In this document: positions 1-10,259 of the stretch, piece by piece
Layout: each line of letters opens with the position of its first letter
Numbering within the stretch: the stretch's first letter is position 1
From: Thermoanaerobaculia bacterium
Lineage (GTDB): Bacteria; Acidobacteriota; Thermoanaerobaculia; Multivoradales; Multivoraceae
Direction: 5' to 3'
Length of the DNA stretch: 64,000 nt
NCBI GenBank assembly: GCA_963664405.1
Contig: OY761158.1
Span: 1,536,001 to 1,600,000 of the forward strand
Position numbers and translations under genes: made by a program
Notes under the pieces: model-generated
Told to the model about the DNA's origin: nothing
The model's database searches: none
What the model saw: only the letters and a program-made list of their open reading frames with translations

Positions 1-395
1 ATCGTCCGCCATGAGCGGGCCTGTACCGCGTTGCGAAGATCGACTGAAACCACTCCGAGGGCCTGTGGATCCTGTTCGAGGAACGAGAGATGACGAACAT
101 AGGTATCGATCGCCTCGACATGATTCGGGTTCGGCTCGGTACCGGGAATCGGATAGGGCACATAGAGCCCGACATAAGGAAGGTTCTTGGGCACGACGGC
201 GCCCTGGAGGGAGACGGCGTTGGCCCACTCCCACAGCACCGCCACCCTTTCCTGGGACGTCTCGACAGTCGTCGGTTCGGCCTCGACTGCGGCAACCAGG
301 CGGTCGACGCGCTGGCGCAGCTCTGCGGGAAGGTCGTAGCCGAGCGCCGGCGGGGAGAGAACCAGGAGGACGAGGAGCGGAGTCGGGAGCTTCAT
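1..395 (-). CDS. Secreted PHP/DUF3604-like protein, N-terminal part (runs off window start); paralog of 3836..6385
   Basis: Not in ORF track. Manual translation from ATG 395: MKLPTPLLVLLVLSPPALGYDLPAELRQRVDRLVAAVEAEPTTVETSQERVAVLWEWANAVSLQGAVVPKNLP, closely matching YDLSPELRQRVDRL...ILWDWANAVSLQGAVVPKNLP of 3836..6385. TAATG overlap with the upstream gene. Confidence 0.8.
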   Translation of the reverse strand, partial: MKLPTPLLVLLVLSPPALGYDLPAELRQRVDRLVAAVEAEPTTVETSQERVAVLWEWANAVSLQGAVVPKNLPYVGLYVPYPIPGTEPNPNHVEAIDTYVRHLSFLEQDPQALGVVSVDLRNAVQARSWRT

Positions 396-1501
396 TACTT
401 CTCCGTTTTCGAATAGTGGTCGAGAAAATCGAGGACGAGCCGAGTCGAGGGGTCGCCGGGGCGGCCCAGATCGCGGTTCAGGCCACTGTGATCCTTGCCC
501 TCCGCCTCGAACACTTTGGCTTCGACGCCGGCGTCGACCAGGCGCTCGACGAAGGGGATCGGTTGGCGAGGCGCGGCTTCACGCCCGTCCGAGTAGAAGA
601 CGAGAAAAGGGGGGATCGACTTGCCTGCCGCAACGTGGTGCCAAGGCGATGCCGCCTCGATCTGCTCTTCGTTGCCCGAGAACGCAAGCTTGAAAATCGG
701 CGTGCCCTCGCTCTCTCGCGACATCTCGAGAGGGACGTTGTACAGCGCGGTGTCGAGCGGGATGACACCCCGAACCTTGGGGAGACCGAGCCCAGCCTCC
801 TCGAGAAAGCGCTCGTTGGTGCCGACAAGCGCCACCATGTGAGCGCCCGCCGAGTGGCCCATCAAAAAGAGGCGACCGGGATCGCCACCGTACTCCGAAG
901 CATGGGCCACCAGCCAGGCGGCGGCCTGGGCGACATCTGTGGCCATCTCCGTGAGGCTGGCCTCGGGGCGGAAGCGGTAGTTCGACGAGGCGACCAGATA
1001 GCCAGCCGGCACCAGCGCGGCGGGCTTCCACAGCACCGCCTCCTTGTCCCCCGCCATCCACCCGCCACCGTGGACGAAGAGAACCATGGGCGCCTTCTTC
1101 AAGCCCTGCCGGAGATAGATGTCGAGACTGAGGCGCGCCGGATCGACTCCAGGCAGCTTGGCATAGCGGATATCCGCGATGCGCTCCACCCCCGCCTCGG
1201 CGACCGCCCGAGCTGCTTCCTCATAGACAGGCTCTTGGCCGACTCGCGCCTCGTCCATGAAGTCGCGAAAATCGCCAACCGTGCGGATCGTCGGAGCCTC
1301 ACTCTGAAAGAGAGAGCTATTGGTCGGTGCGTCTTCGGGCTTCTGCGCCTGCACTCCAACACTCATCAATAGGGAACAGAGAGCAGCTGCCGCCGACCAG
1401 CGGAGCTCACGAGCGCTCTTCTTCACGACTCGCCTCCTTCCATGATTGAGTTCTATGAGCCGGCCCGTCATCCTAACGCGTTCCCGGATGCCGACCGCCA
1501 T
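395..1501 (-). CDS. Alpha/beta hydrolase (HSL/BD-FAE-like esterase); true start probably downstream of 1501
   Basis: HGGGW oxyanion motif, GHSAG nucleophile elbow, C-terminal DH; signal-peptide-like segment. Confidence 0.85.
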   Translation of the reverse strand: MAVGIRERVRMTGRLIELNHGRRRVVKKSARELRWSAAAALCSLLMSVGVQAQKPEDAPTNSSLFQSEAPTIRTVGDFRDFMDEARVGQEPVYEEAARAVAEAGVERIADIRYAKLPGVDPARLSLDIYLRQGLKKAPMVLFVHGGGWMAGDKEAVLWKPAALVPAGYLVASSNYRFRPEASLTEMATDVAQAAAWLVAHASEYGGDPGRLFLMGHSAGAHMVALVGTNERFLEEAGLGLPKVRGVIPLDTALYNVPLEMSRESEGTPIFKLAFSGNEEQIEAASPWHHVAAGKSIPPFLVFYSDGREAAPRQPIPFVERLVDAGVEAKVFEAEGKDHSGLNRDLGRPGDPSTRLVLDFLDHYSKTEK

Positions 1502-1562
1502 ACTGTCGACCTCGACGACATGCCTGTAGATCCAGCGCCGTTCGGAGGCGGCGAAGCCGTGT

Positions 1563-3866
1563 TCAGAAACGGAAGGTGTACTGCAGCTTCGTGGCCAAGC
1601 GCGTGTCCTGCTGGCGAAAGTCGAAGCCGCCTCGGTCCATCTCTTGTATCCAGCTCTGGCCGAAGATGAAGAAGAGGTCGTTCCCCGGCTTGAGGGTCCA
1701 GCGCACTCGGCTCTGAAGACCGAGATTGTCGGAGCGATTGTCGTACTGGATCAGATTGGAGAAAGACAGCGAGGGCGAGACCGCGTAGTTGATCTGTGCG
1801 CTGTAGATGCGCGCGATGAAATCACCCTGCGGCAAACGCGCGAAGGTCTGGTTGGCATTGAGGCTGATCGTGAGGTGCGGAGGAGCGTTGTAGCGGATAC
1901 CGGTCGTGATCGTCTCGGCATCCCCGGACCAGAAGCTGCCGAAGGTCATCCCGAGGTTGCCCTGCCATCTGCGCTTCGCCGCCGAGGAGAAGAACACTCG
2001 CAACGGGGTGAAGTCATAGTCGCCCGGAGGTAGCACCACTCCGGCCGAGATCTCGAAAGGCTCGAAGAGTCGCTCGAAGGTGGGGTTCATATCGAAGAGG
2101 CTGTGCACTGAGTCGCCCGACTGGAAGTGCCAGTCGACGAGGGTGACGAAGAGGTTCCGACTTTCCACCAAACCGTTGTCGAGCCGGGTGAACTGGGTGT
2201 AGAAGATGTCGTGGAACATCTGCTGAATCCCCAGCCATTGATTCTTCGGCCGCGGGTTGAAACTGGCGCCGACCCGCAGCATCTCCACGTTGCTCCGCTG
2301 TACGAAGCCGAGCGCCGGGGAGAAGTTCTCCTGAATCTCGCGCCACTGCAGCTGAGCCCCCCACCTGTCGTTGGGGTAGGACACCCCGAAGCCGAAGGCC
2401 TCATCGTTGTCGGAGACCCTTTCGTTGTCGCTCTGGAGACCCCAGGCGTTGAAAACCATGTTCTTGTCGCTACCCAGAAAGGCGGAAGTCGCCAGGCGCA
2501 GATCCACCCCGAGTGTGGTGCTGTCGATGTCCAAAGCCTGATTGCCGCTGGTGACGAGGGCTCCGACGTAGGACTGCTTCAGGAAGTTCTGCCGCACGCG
2601 TCCAACGAAGAGGTCTTGGTCGTCGACGAAGGAGGTGTCGCGGGTCCGCACGCTGAGTACTCCAACCTCGCTTCGGCCCGCCCGGCCCGTGAGCTTGAGA
2701 CCGAAGTCGATGGGCACCTCCCGGCCGCCGAGCAGGCCGATTCGACGGCTGAAGAAGGGAAAGATCTCGGCGCCCGGAGGAGGAATCCCTCCCGGCTGGC
2801 CGATCCCGGTGGTGGCGAAGTTGAAGACCCCAGCGTCCTGCAGGAAGAACGACCGCTTTTCCGGAAAGAAGATCGAGAAGCGCGTCAGGTTGATCTGGCG
2901 CGAGTCGACTTCGGTCTCGGCAAAATCGGTGTTGACGGTGGCGGTCAGCTTCATGTTGGGGGTCAGGTTGTAGAACAGATCCAGCCCCGGTTTTCCCTTG
3001 AGGCTGTCCTCTCCCGTCTCGGCGCTGTCGAACCAACGTGCCGACACGAACGGCCGGACATCCAGGCCGAGGCCCTGCTCGAGGCCTTCTAGACCGACGA
3101 TCTCGCCGGCCTCAGAAACCTGAAAGAAGTCGGTTTGGAAGCGGGCCCCCGCCCAACGGGCCTCCTCGAGCTTGCGCTGGATGTGGCGGCTGATGTTGAA
3201 CCCCCAGGTTCCGTCGGAGGGGAAGTTCAGGCTCTTCCAAGGAATGGCGAATTCCGCGCTCCAGCCGCGATCCGATTGCTCGGTCGCGACAGTCCAGATC
3301 GCGTCCCACTCTTGATTGGTCTCACCATTGGCAAAAACCAGACCGTCCACCAGAACGCCATTCGGATTGGTGGAAAAGTAAAAGGCGTTGCTTTGATCGC
3401 GGAAGGTATCGAGGAGCAGAAGAATGCGGTCATCCCCGTTCAAGCCGGCGTCTCGAGCCATCTGCGCCGCGAGGACTCTGTTCGGCTCGGAGTCGTGGCA
3501 CATCACCCCGATATAGAGGTTGTCCTGGTCGCGAAGGAGCGTGACTTCGGTCCGCTCGCTCGGCCTCGCGCCGGCGGTCGGGATTCTCTGTACCAATTCG
3601 CCAATCTTCGGCGACTGCTCCCAGACCGGCTCATTCAGCACTCCGTCGATCAGAATCCGTGAGCTAACGGGGGTAACAACAGCCGCCCGCGTCGGTTCGA
3701 ACGAGTCGTCCTGCTGGGATGCAGCTTCGCACCGGACCGGGGCGATCAAGTGCCAGCCCAAAAGCGCTGCCAACGAGAGTAACGTCCGGAACGAAGGGCG
3801 CAGCGGGACCAGGCTGGACGAGCCGAGCGGAAATCTCAACGAGGAGGCTCGCCTCCGACCCACCAC
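1563..3866 (-). CDS. DUF5916 family protein with N-terminal CBM9-like sugar-binding domain
   Basis: IDGVLNEPVW; DNLYIG; WSAEFAIPW; TVNTDFAETEVD...INLTRFSIFFPEKRSFF; FFSRRIG; ends YTFRF like an outer-membrane barrel. Confidence 0.8.
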   Translation of the reverse strand: MVGRRRASSLRFPLGSSSLVPLRPSFRTLLSLAALLGWHLIAPVRCEAASQQDDSFEPTRAAVVTPVSSRILIDGVLNEPVWEQSPKIGELVQRIPTAGARPSERTEVTLLRDQDNLYIGVMCHDSEPNRVLAAQMARDAGLNGDDRILLLLDTFRDQSNAFYFSTNPNGVLVDGLVFANGETNQEWDAIWTVATEQSDRGWSAEFAIPWKSLNFPSDGTWGFNISRHIQRKLEEARWAGARFQTDFFQVSEAGEIVGLEGLEQGLGLDVRPFVSARWFDSAETGEDSLKGKPGLDLFYNLTPNMKLTATVNTDFAETEVDSRQINLTRFSIFFPEKRSFFLQDAGVFNFATTGIGQPGGIPPPGAEIFPFFSRRIGLLGGREVPIDFGLKLTGRAGRSEVGVLSVRTRDTSFVDDQDLFVGRVRQNFLKQSYVGALVTSGNQALDIDSTTLGVDLRLATSAFLGSDKNMVFNAWGLQSDNERVSDNDEAFGFGVSYPNDRWGAQLQWREIQENFSPALGFVQRSNVEMLRVGASFNPRPKNQWLGIQQMFHDIFYTQFTRLDNGLVESRNLFVTLVDWHFQSGDSVHSLFDMNPTFERLFEPFEISAGVVLPPGDYDFTPLRVFFSSAAKRRWQGNLGMTFGSFWSGDAETITTGIRYNAPPHLTISLNANQTFARLPQGDFIARIYSAQINYAVSPSLSFSNLIQYDNRSDNLGLQSRVRWTLKPGNDLFFIFGQSWIQEMDRGGFDFRQQDTRLATKLQYTFRF

Positions 3867-6385
3867 GGGCTCGACCAGGCCAAATGGCCGTCGACCTGCT
3901 CGACCCGGACGTAGTACCAGTCGCCCGGCTGACCTCCCCGATCGGAAAAGCTGAACTCGACATCGTCGCGCTGACTCGCTGCCCGCTCCACACTGACTCG
4001 GTCGCGATAGCGCCCGGCCTCGAGAACCTTCTCGCTGGGCACTCGGCCGGCGGTCGGAACGACCAGGGCGAACTCGGTAGCGGGAAACTCTTGCGGCGTC
4101 CGCACCTGCGTCGGCGCCGTCCCGCGCTCACGCTCCGCCTCGAGATCGAAACTGATTCTGGTCGAGGCCGAAGCGCCGTCGAGGGTGAGAGCAATGGCAC
4201 GGCTGGATCCCCGGGTAGCGAGGTGGAAGCGCACCCGGTCACCGTCGATCTCGAGCTGGTCGGCGTCGCGATGGGGCGTGCCGAGGTAGCGAGCACCGGT
4301 GAGCCGGCCGTTGTGGACCCGAAGCCGGCCGCGCCATGTGTGCTGGCCGCGCGGATTGTCGCGAATGGTCACGTACGACTCGGAATAGAAACGAACGATC
4401 ACCTCGCCACTGTCCGCCCCGGCCCCGGCCACTCCCGCGGTGTCGAAGCTGCCAACCACCTCACCGTTTCTGAGCAGCTCGATCGTGCGGATGGGTCCGG
4501 TGCCGATCGCCCGCCCTTCGATCTCTCGAGTCTCGGACTCCGGCAGCTCGCTCCCGATCGCCTCGCCGTTGAGCCGAGCGTCCAGGATGATCCGCTGTGC
4601 ACCGGTGGTCGCGACCGCGCGCCGCGCCTTCAGGGCGTCGAAGACCGCGTCGGAGCTCTTCGCGGGCGCCCAGGCACCGGCAAGGCCACCGAACTGGAAG
4701 ATGTTGGAGCGAACGCCCGCAGTCGACGGGTGACCCGGCGAGTATCCAGGGTGCCCGCGGTGATCGTCCGAAGCCCCGACGAAACCGACCCGGTAACCGT
4801 GCTCGAGGTAACGCTGCCCGAACCACTCGAAGGTGCCGTGCCCCGACATGATCTCGATCAAGCGCTCCATGCCGAGGTCCGAAAGCCGGAAGTCCCCGTT
4901 CTGGTGGGCGTGAGGGATGATGAGGACATCGTCAGGGTCGTGCTTCTCGCGCAACCCCCGATAGAGCATGGTCAGGTCTGGCGCTTCTTGCCCCGCGACA
5001 CGCTCGAATCCCGGACCACGAAAGAAGACGTTGTGGTGCCCACCACGCTGGCGATTGACCGACCACTCGTAACCGGGGAAGACGATGAGCTCACCCTCGC
5101 GGTGGAATTGCTCAGCGACGTCATTGAGATACTTCCAATTACCATCCGTGATGGCGAGGTCGTGCTCGCTCAAGGTGACGAAGTCGAGGCGAGCGTCGTC
5201 GCGGGCGAAGGCGAAGTAGCCCTCGGGAGTCCCCTGGCCCTCGGCGAAGCCACAGTGGCCGTGGGTCTCGCCCCAATAAATACGCTCCGCGGGGCGATCA
5301 CGCACCCAGATCGGGTTCGCGAGACCCTCGATCTTGCCATCGGGACTGCGAAACGAAAGGCGGACAACGCCGGGCTCGGCGAAGCGCAGCGGCAGCTCGT
5401 GAAGCGCCCGACCGGCGGGGAGATCGGCGATCTTCTCACCGTCGCGCAGGACCTCATAGCCCGGGATCGTCCCCGTTGCCCGATTGTAGAAAGAGTCCTC
5501 GGTGCGTACCGAGATCGTGAGCTCCTCACCGCTAGCGACGATCGACGGCGCGAACCCATGCACGCCGTAGGCCTCGCCGCCGACGACCTCGAAGGTCGGA
5601 AGCGGCAGCTCGTGGAGATCACCGTTACCCGCATCCACCAGCAAGGGCAGGGCGATCGCGTCGTTGGAGAAGATCCCGACCTCGAGTCCCCGTCCGCCTC
5701 CAGATCGGTCGCCATAAACCACTGTAACGGTGTCTCCAGCCCCCAGCGCGGCACCGCGCACGCGAAACATCGGGAAGCCCTCGGCCCCGCGAAAACCACC
5801 GTAAGGACCCCACACCGCAGCCCGATCGAGCTCGAAGCGGACTGCCGGGTTGGTGGTCGTTGCCGAGACATAGTTGTCGCCGCCAGGGTTGTCGACCTGA
5901 AGCCGCCCGTAACCGCCGGCATAGTGCTGACTGGCCACCACGCCCCCGCCCTCGGGTACTCCAAAACTGCCGACCTTCCACTCGACACGGACGGTCTGCC
6001 AGGAACCGGCACGGACGGCGGACGCCGGATCGACCGAGATCTCCCCGAACGCCTCGGGGTCCCGATCGAGAAGGGCGAAAAAGCGGGCATAGGTATCGAC
6101 CGCCTTGATCTGTTGGAGAGAAGTCTGGAAGCCCGGAATGGGGTACGGGATGCCGAAGGCGATCGACGGAAGGTTCTTCGGCACCACTGCCCCCTGCAGT
6201 GACACGGCGTTGGCCCAGTCCCACAGGATGGCTACCCGATCAACTGCGTTGTCGGCCGTCGTCGGGTTGGCTTCGATGTCAGAGATCAGTCGATCGACCC
6301 GCTGACGCAGCTCCGGCGAGAGGTCGTAACCCGACACGGGAATAGCGAGAACAACGGCAAAAAGGCCGGCGGCGGCTCGTCTCAT
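3836..6385 (-). CDS. Secreted DUF3604-like / PHP-fold metallohydrolase
   Basis: Start reassigned to ATG 6385 (MRRAAAGLFAVVLAIPVSG signal). YWGETHGH, LDFVTLSEH, PGYEW, GHHNV, IPHAH, VGASDDH and terminal YYVRVEQ..AWSSPWWV motifs. Confidence 0.8.
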   Translation of the reverse strand: MRRAAAGLFAVVLAIPVSGYDLSPELRQRVDRLISDIEANPTTADNAVDRVAILWDWANAVSLQGAVVPKNLPSIAFGIPYPIPGFQTSLQQIKAVDTYARFFALLDRDPEAFGEISVDPASAVRAGSWQTVRVEWKVGSFGVPEGGGVVASQHYAGGYGRLQVDNPGGDNYVSATTTNPAVRFELDRAAVWGPYGGFRGAEGFPMFRVRGAALGAGDTVTVVYGDRSGGGRGLEVGIFSNDAIALPLLVDAGNGDLHELPLPTFEVVGGEAYGVHGFAPSIVASGEELTISVRTEDSFYNRATGTIPGYEVLRDGEKIADLPAGRALHELPLRFAEPGVVRLSFRSPDGKIEGLANPIWVRDRPAERIYWGETHGHCGFAEGQGTPEGYFAFARDDARLDFVTLSEHDLAITDGNWKYLNDVAEQFHREGELIVFPGYEWSVNRQRGGHHNVFFRGPGFERVAGQEAPDLTMLYRGLREKHDPDDVLIIPHAHQNGDFRLSDLGMERLIEIMSGHGTFEWFGQRYLEHGYRVGFVGASDDHRGHPGYSPGHPSTAGVRSNIFQFGGLAGAWAPAKSSDAVFDALKARRAVATTGAQRIILDARLNGEAIGSELPESETREIEGRAIGTGPIRTIELLRNGEVVGSFDTAGVAGAGADSGEVIVRFYSESYVTIRDNPRGQHTWRGRLRVHNGRLTGARYLGTPHRDADQLEIDGDRVRFHLATRGSSRAIALTLDGASASTRISFDLEAERERGTAPTQVRTPQEFPATEFALVVPTAGRVPSEKVLEAGRYRDRVSVERAASQRDDVEFSFSDRGGQPGDWYYVRVEQVDGHLAWSSPWWVGGEPPR

Positions 6386-6396
6386 CGTGGTGTCCT

Positions 6397-7278
6397 TCAA
6401 TTTCTTGCCTCCTTCCCTTCGGTCTGCACGACCTCGAGTTGATCCTTCGGGGCGTAGAAGTAAGAACCGGGGCGAAACTCGTAGCCCAGGTCGCCGAGCA
6501 GCCGTCGTTGGCGTGGCGTGCAGCGATCCTTGACCTCGGAAACCGTCTCGAAGTCGTAGGCGCGCACGAACATCTGAGCGTAGTTGTAGAGGATGGTCTT
6601 TCTCGCCCTGCCCGAGAGATTGGGCGAAGGCCCGTGCCAGAGCGAGTGAGGAAACACAATGCAGTCGCCGGCCTTTCCTCTGAGCTGCACCGCCCCTGGC
6701 GGCCGCGCGCTCTGCCCCGGCTTCACGCTCTCCGGGAACGGCCTCAGGTGGCTGCCTGGCGAGACGGTGAAGTTCCCCATGTTGGGCTCGGGGGTGTCCG
6801 ACAGAAGGTAGAGGGCCTTCAACGCCAGCGGCCTGCTTGTCTCGGTGACCCGGACGCGACGCAGCGCTTCGCCGCCATCGGTGTGGGTATAACCCCTGAA
6901 CTCGGGATCCGAAGGGCGCACGATCGCCTGGGTCATGCTGAGGAGCAGGTAGGGGCCCATGATGTCGACGATCAGGTCGAAGACCTCCGGCCGATCCATC
7001 AGATCGATGAAAGCGGGATGAAAGGGAAGAAGGTCGCGGCGATCCATGAACCCCTCCGGATCCAGATCGAGGGCATGATCGAGCCGCGCATAGTGCCCCA
7101 GCGGGCCGTCGGGACTGGGCTCCCAACCGGGTATCTGTCGAATGCGGTCCAGCTCGGCATTGAAGAAATCGACTTCGTCGCTGGAGAGCACTCCTTCGAG
7201 GTGCAGGTAGCCGTCGATGGCCCACTTCTCGCGCTGTTCTTCACTGAGACACTTCATGCAACTCTCCTTCGCTGACAC
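6397..7278 (-). CDS. Phytanoyl-CoA dioxygenase (PhyH) family 2OG-Fe(II) oxygenase
   Basis: DGYLHLEGVL; HTD facial-triad motif; GNFTVSPGSH; AGDCIVF..LWHG...N.S...R. Confidence 0.85.
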   Translation of the reverse strand: MSAKESCMKCLSEEQREKWAIDGYLHLEGVLSSDEVDFFNAELDRIRQIPGWEPSPDGPLGHYARLDHALDLDPEGFMDRRDLLPFHPAFIDLMDRPEVFDLIVDIMGPYLLLSMTQAIVRPSDPEFRGYTHTDGGEALRRVRVTETSRPLALKALYLLSDTPEPNMGNFTVSPGSHLRPFPESVKPGQSARPPGAVQLRGKAGDCIVFPHSLWHGPSPNLSGRARKTILYNYAQMFVRAYDFETVSEVKDRCTPRQRRLLGDLGYEFRPGSYFYAPKDQLEVVQTEGKEARN

Positions 7279-7332
7279 GGTGGCTAGGCCGCGGGACTAA
7301 TCCTGCGCCCGTCAATATATCGCGAGCAAATC

Positions 7333-8382
7333 TCAGATCTGCGGCATCACCTTCTCGGCAAAGAGGCGCATCGACTCCTGTGCCGGCTCCAGGGCGAGGT
7401 CGTTGAAGTTGACCTGGAGCGACGCGATCTCGAAACCACCGACGAGATCCTGATAGGCGGCGATCTGATCGACAATGCGCTCAGGGGAGCCGACCCAGGC
7501 ACCGCCCTTCTCCACCTGGCTCTCGAAAGTCTCAGCGCTCAGCCCGGCGATGATCTTGTCGTAGCCGGGGTAGTCGGAAGAGCTGACACCGGCAGTCCAG
7601 TCGGAAGCCGCTGCAACCAGCGAGCTCAGATAGCCATTCAGTGGTTCGCGCGCGATCTCGGCGGCCTCGCGATCGGTCGCGGCGCAGAACATATGGAAGG
7701 CGAGCATCACCCGACCGTCTCCCGGGTGTCCGGCGGCTCGCCAGGCTTCGCGATAGAACCCAAGCAGTTCCCTCATCCTGCCGCCGGCAAGGGGAATGGC
7801 CATCACCGAGTGGCCCGCGCGACCCGCGTTGACGAAAGACTCGGGCGTCGCCAGAGCAGCCACCCAGAACGGCGGCCGCGGCCGTTGGGTGGGGCGCGGC
7901 AGAGAGGTCACATTCTCGAAGCTGTGGAAGCGCCCCTCCATCGATAGGTCTTCTTCTTCGAGCAGTCGACGCACCTGCTCCAGACCCTCGTCGAAGCGCG
8001 CCCGGCTCTCGTCGACACTGACCCCGAAGCGGGCGAACTCGTGGGGCAGAAAGGCGCGAGCGAAGCCGACTTCGAGCCGGCCGCCGGAGATGGCGTCGAG
8101 CATGCCGATCTCCCCCGCCAACTTGAGCGGGTGGTTGAAGACAGGCAGCACGGCGCCGGTGATCAGGCGGGCTTGGGCGGTGCGCATCGCCGCCGCGGTG
8201 AGAAAAACGATCGGGCTCGGGCTGTAGCCGCCATAGTCACGGAAGTAGTGCTCGACCGTACGAACCGAAGTGAAGCCGAGCTCGTCGACCAGATCGACGA
8301 GTTGGAGACACTCGGCGAAATAGGCCTCGCCACTCTTCCGCTCGGGGCCGACGTCGGGGAAGAACTGGATGCCGAATTCCAC
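7333..8382 (-). CDS. LLM-class (luciferase-like) flavin-dependent oxidoreductase
   Basis: ELGFTSVRTVEHYF; HPLKLAGEIGMLDAISGGRLEVGFARA; PRPTQRPRPPFWVA; SMRLFAEKVMP. Confidence 0.9.
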   Translation of the reverse strand: MEFGIQFFPDVGPERKSGEAYFAECLQLVDLVDELGFTSVRTVEHYFRDYGGYSPSPIVFLTAAAMRTAQARLITGAVLPVFNHPLKLAGEIGMLDAISGGRLEVGFARAFLPHEFARFGVSVDESRARFDEGLEQVRRLLEEEDLSMEGRFHSFENVTSLPRPTQRPRPPFWVAALATPESFVNAGRAGHSVMAIPLAGGRMRELLGFYREAWRAAGHPGDGRVMLAFHMFCAATDREAAEIAREPLNGYLSSLVAAASDWTAGVSSSDYPGYDKIIAGLSAETFESQVEKGGAWVGSPERIVDQIAAYQDLVGGFEIASLQVNFNDLALEPAQESMRLFAEKVMPQI

Positions 8383-8448
8383 AGGAGGAGTGTAGCCCGA
8401 GGGGCCTATTCTCCGGGCACCGACCGCTTCAACCTTTTCCGGGCACCA

Positions 8449-8862
8449 TCAGAGGGCCAACACTCGACAGCGCAGTCCTTCGACGCGGCGAAAGTGCTCC
8501 TCTCCCTCCGGGCCGACCAGGACCCCGAAGTCGAGGCTGAGAGCCGTCGCTGCAACGGCCAGGTCGTTGGCAGGAATCAGCTGGCCGCGGCGACTGAGCT
8601 CCGCAAAGAGATCCGCCCAGCGGTCGGCAACAGAGCGGTCGAAGTCGACGATTGGACAGCGCGCCACGATGGCCTCAACGCGAGCTCGGCGCTCGGTGGC
8701 GCGGCTCTCCGTATCGGCCAGGTGTACTCCGACCATGAGCTCAGCGTACACGACCGCAGGGACTACCGCCCCCTCAGATCCCATCGTACCGAGGCCGTCC
8801 TCAAAGGAGCCCTCCGATCGCTCCAGAGCGATCAGGGCGCTGGTGTCGAGCGCGAGGCCCAC
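8449..8862 (-). CDS. vapC: PIN-domain VapC toxin
   Basis: [34 protein letters not shown] motifs; downstream of an antitoxin. Confidence 0.85.
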   Translation of the reverse strand: MGLALDTSALIALERSEGSFEDGLGTMGSEGAVVPAVVYAELMVGVHLADTESRATERRARVEAIVARCPIVDFDRSVADRWADLFAELSRRGQLIPANDLAVAATALSLDFGVLVGPEGEEHFRRVEGLRCRVLAL

Positions 8863-9116
8863 GGGTTCTCCGGCGGACGATCCGCCCGATTGACTCGCTC
8901 GAGATCGTCTGCCAGCTCGGGGTCAGGCGGCGCTGCCTCGCGCCAGGCGCGCAGCCCCTCTGCCAGGGTAGCCGAGCTGCGGGTAGGGAGTGGGGAAAGC
9001 CGGGCGATCGGTTCCCCGTTTCGCTCCACCACGAACGAATCGCCCCGGTAGCGGATGCGACCGAGAACGTCTCCGAGCTTGCGCGCAAGCTCGGTAGCGC
9101 TGATCGAAGACTCCAT
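8832..9116 (-). CDS. Phd/YefM-family antitoxin
   Basis: [36 protein letters not shown]; overlaps the PIN gene. Confidence 0.85.
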   Translation of the reverse strand: MESSISATELARKLGDVLGRIRYRGDSFVVERNGEPIARLSPLPTRSSATLAEGLRAWREAAPPDPELADDLERVNRADRPPENPWASRSTPAP

Positions 9117-9150
9117 CTTGATGTGTATTATACCTAATTACGTAAATTCA
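9117..9150 (-). promoter_or_regulatory. AT-rich promoter/operator of the Phd-VapC operon
   Basis: On the minus strand TTGAAT...TATAAT-like hexamers flank a TTACGTAA palindrome just upstream of the antitoxin ATG. Confidence 0.5.
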
Positions 9151-9209
9151 ACAACGACCAGACGGCCTCAGCGAGAGGTGCCCGCGCCGGAGAGAAGCAA
9201 GTCGGCTCG

Positions 9210-10253
9210 ATGATAGCTGCGTGTTTTACAGGCCACGGGGGGCACTGCTACTCTTCCCGACTTGCGCACCCAATTCCCCTGCGAACACCGCATGAGGACG
9301 TCGCCCTCGGAGCTCCCACCTACCGTTCCGGTACTACGACCAGGGAGCTGTGGACTTTAATGGGCTCGTGTCCTGCCAGGCCTATGAGTGCAGGCTCGCG
9401 GCGGATCAGCTTCGCCGGAGCGAGTGTGGAAATCGAGTACGAAGGGGACAGCGCAAGAGAGCTCGTTGACTTCGTCTGCGCCGAGGTCGACACCGACACT
9501 TCGGATTCTCCTGGCACAACGCTGCGCCTGACCACGACTTCTCCCGGCCAGGTTTGTCTTTCTTCTGACGGCAAGAGCATGGCGACAGGGGCTGCCGATG
9601 GACACATGGCGGCCCTCCTTATGGACCAGGTCATTGAGCGTCTCGCGCGCTCCGCGGGCAGCGGGCTCATGTTCCATGCCGCAGCTGTGGCGAGAAGAGG
9701 TAGGGGCGTAATGTTGCCTGGGCAGTCCGGCTGCGGCAAGACCACGCTCGCTGCGTGGTTGGCTGGCGGCTGTTTTGACTGTCTGACCGACGAGTTGGTC
9801 TTGTTGCCACCCGGTGAGCCGTTGGTCGCCGGACTGCCGCGCCCCCTTAAGGTCCGACGCGGCTCGTGGACGTTGTTGGGCCCCCGCACTCGCGGTTGGC
9901 CCCAGCAAAACGAGGGCCTAGTGACGCGCGATGCGCGTCTGATCCACGCGACCGCTCTGAGACCCAGCAACGCGACCGGCACGGTGCCATTGGATCTGAT
10001 CCTTTTCGCGCGCTACGACACTTCGGGAGACAACCGGTTCAGAGAGCTGACGAGTGCACAGGTGGGGTTTCGACTGATGGAGTGCCTCGTCAACGCGCGC
10101 AACCTTGCGGGTCATGGCTTCGGAGAGATCGCCCGTATCGCGCGCTCAGTGCCGGCCTACGAGGTAGGCTACAGCGAGTGCGGGCGCGTAGAAGGTGGAA
10201 TCAAGAAGCGCTTGGCTCGTCTCAGCGCTAGCAGCCCGACAACAACGGAGTAG
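9210..10253 (+). CDS. HprK-related serine kinase (HPr-rel-A / lasso-peptide-kinase-like); likely start ATG 9384 or 9360
   Basis: FHAAAV..GRGVMLPGQSGCGKTTLAAWL (Walker A), LTDELV, PRPLKV; C-terminal helix pattern typical of HprK C-domain-only kinases. Confidence 0.8.
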   Translation: MIAACFTGHGGHCYSSRLAHPIPLRTPHEDVALGAPTYRSGTTTRELWTLMGSCPARPMSAGSRRISFAGASVEIEYEGDSARELVDFVCAEVDTDTSDSPGTTLRLTTTSPGQVCLSSDGKSMATGAADGHMAALLMDQVIERLARSAGSGLMFHAAAVARRGRGVMLPGQSGCGKTTLAAWLAGGCFDCLTDELVLLPPGEPLVAGLPRPLKVRRGSWTLLGPRTRGWPQQNEGLVTRDARLIHATALRPSNATGTVPLDLILFARYDTSGDNRFRELTSAQVGFRLMECLVNARNLAGHGFGEIARIARSVPAYEVGYSECGRVEGGIKKRLARLSASSPTTTE

Positions 10254-10259
10254 TAGACC

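Noticed and set aside
3719-6202. 827-aa plus-strand ORF (similarly 11..1372, 32089..34146, 54459..56432, 57259..58476)
   Set aside because: Antisense shadows of well-supported genes in high-GC DNA; no motifs.
6386-7225. N-terminal 280 aa of the 1129-aa ORF 3836..7225
   Set aside because: Overlaps the PhyH gene in another frame; the real protein starts at ATG 6385 with a signal peptide.
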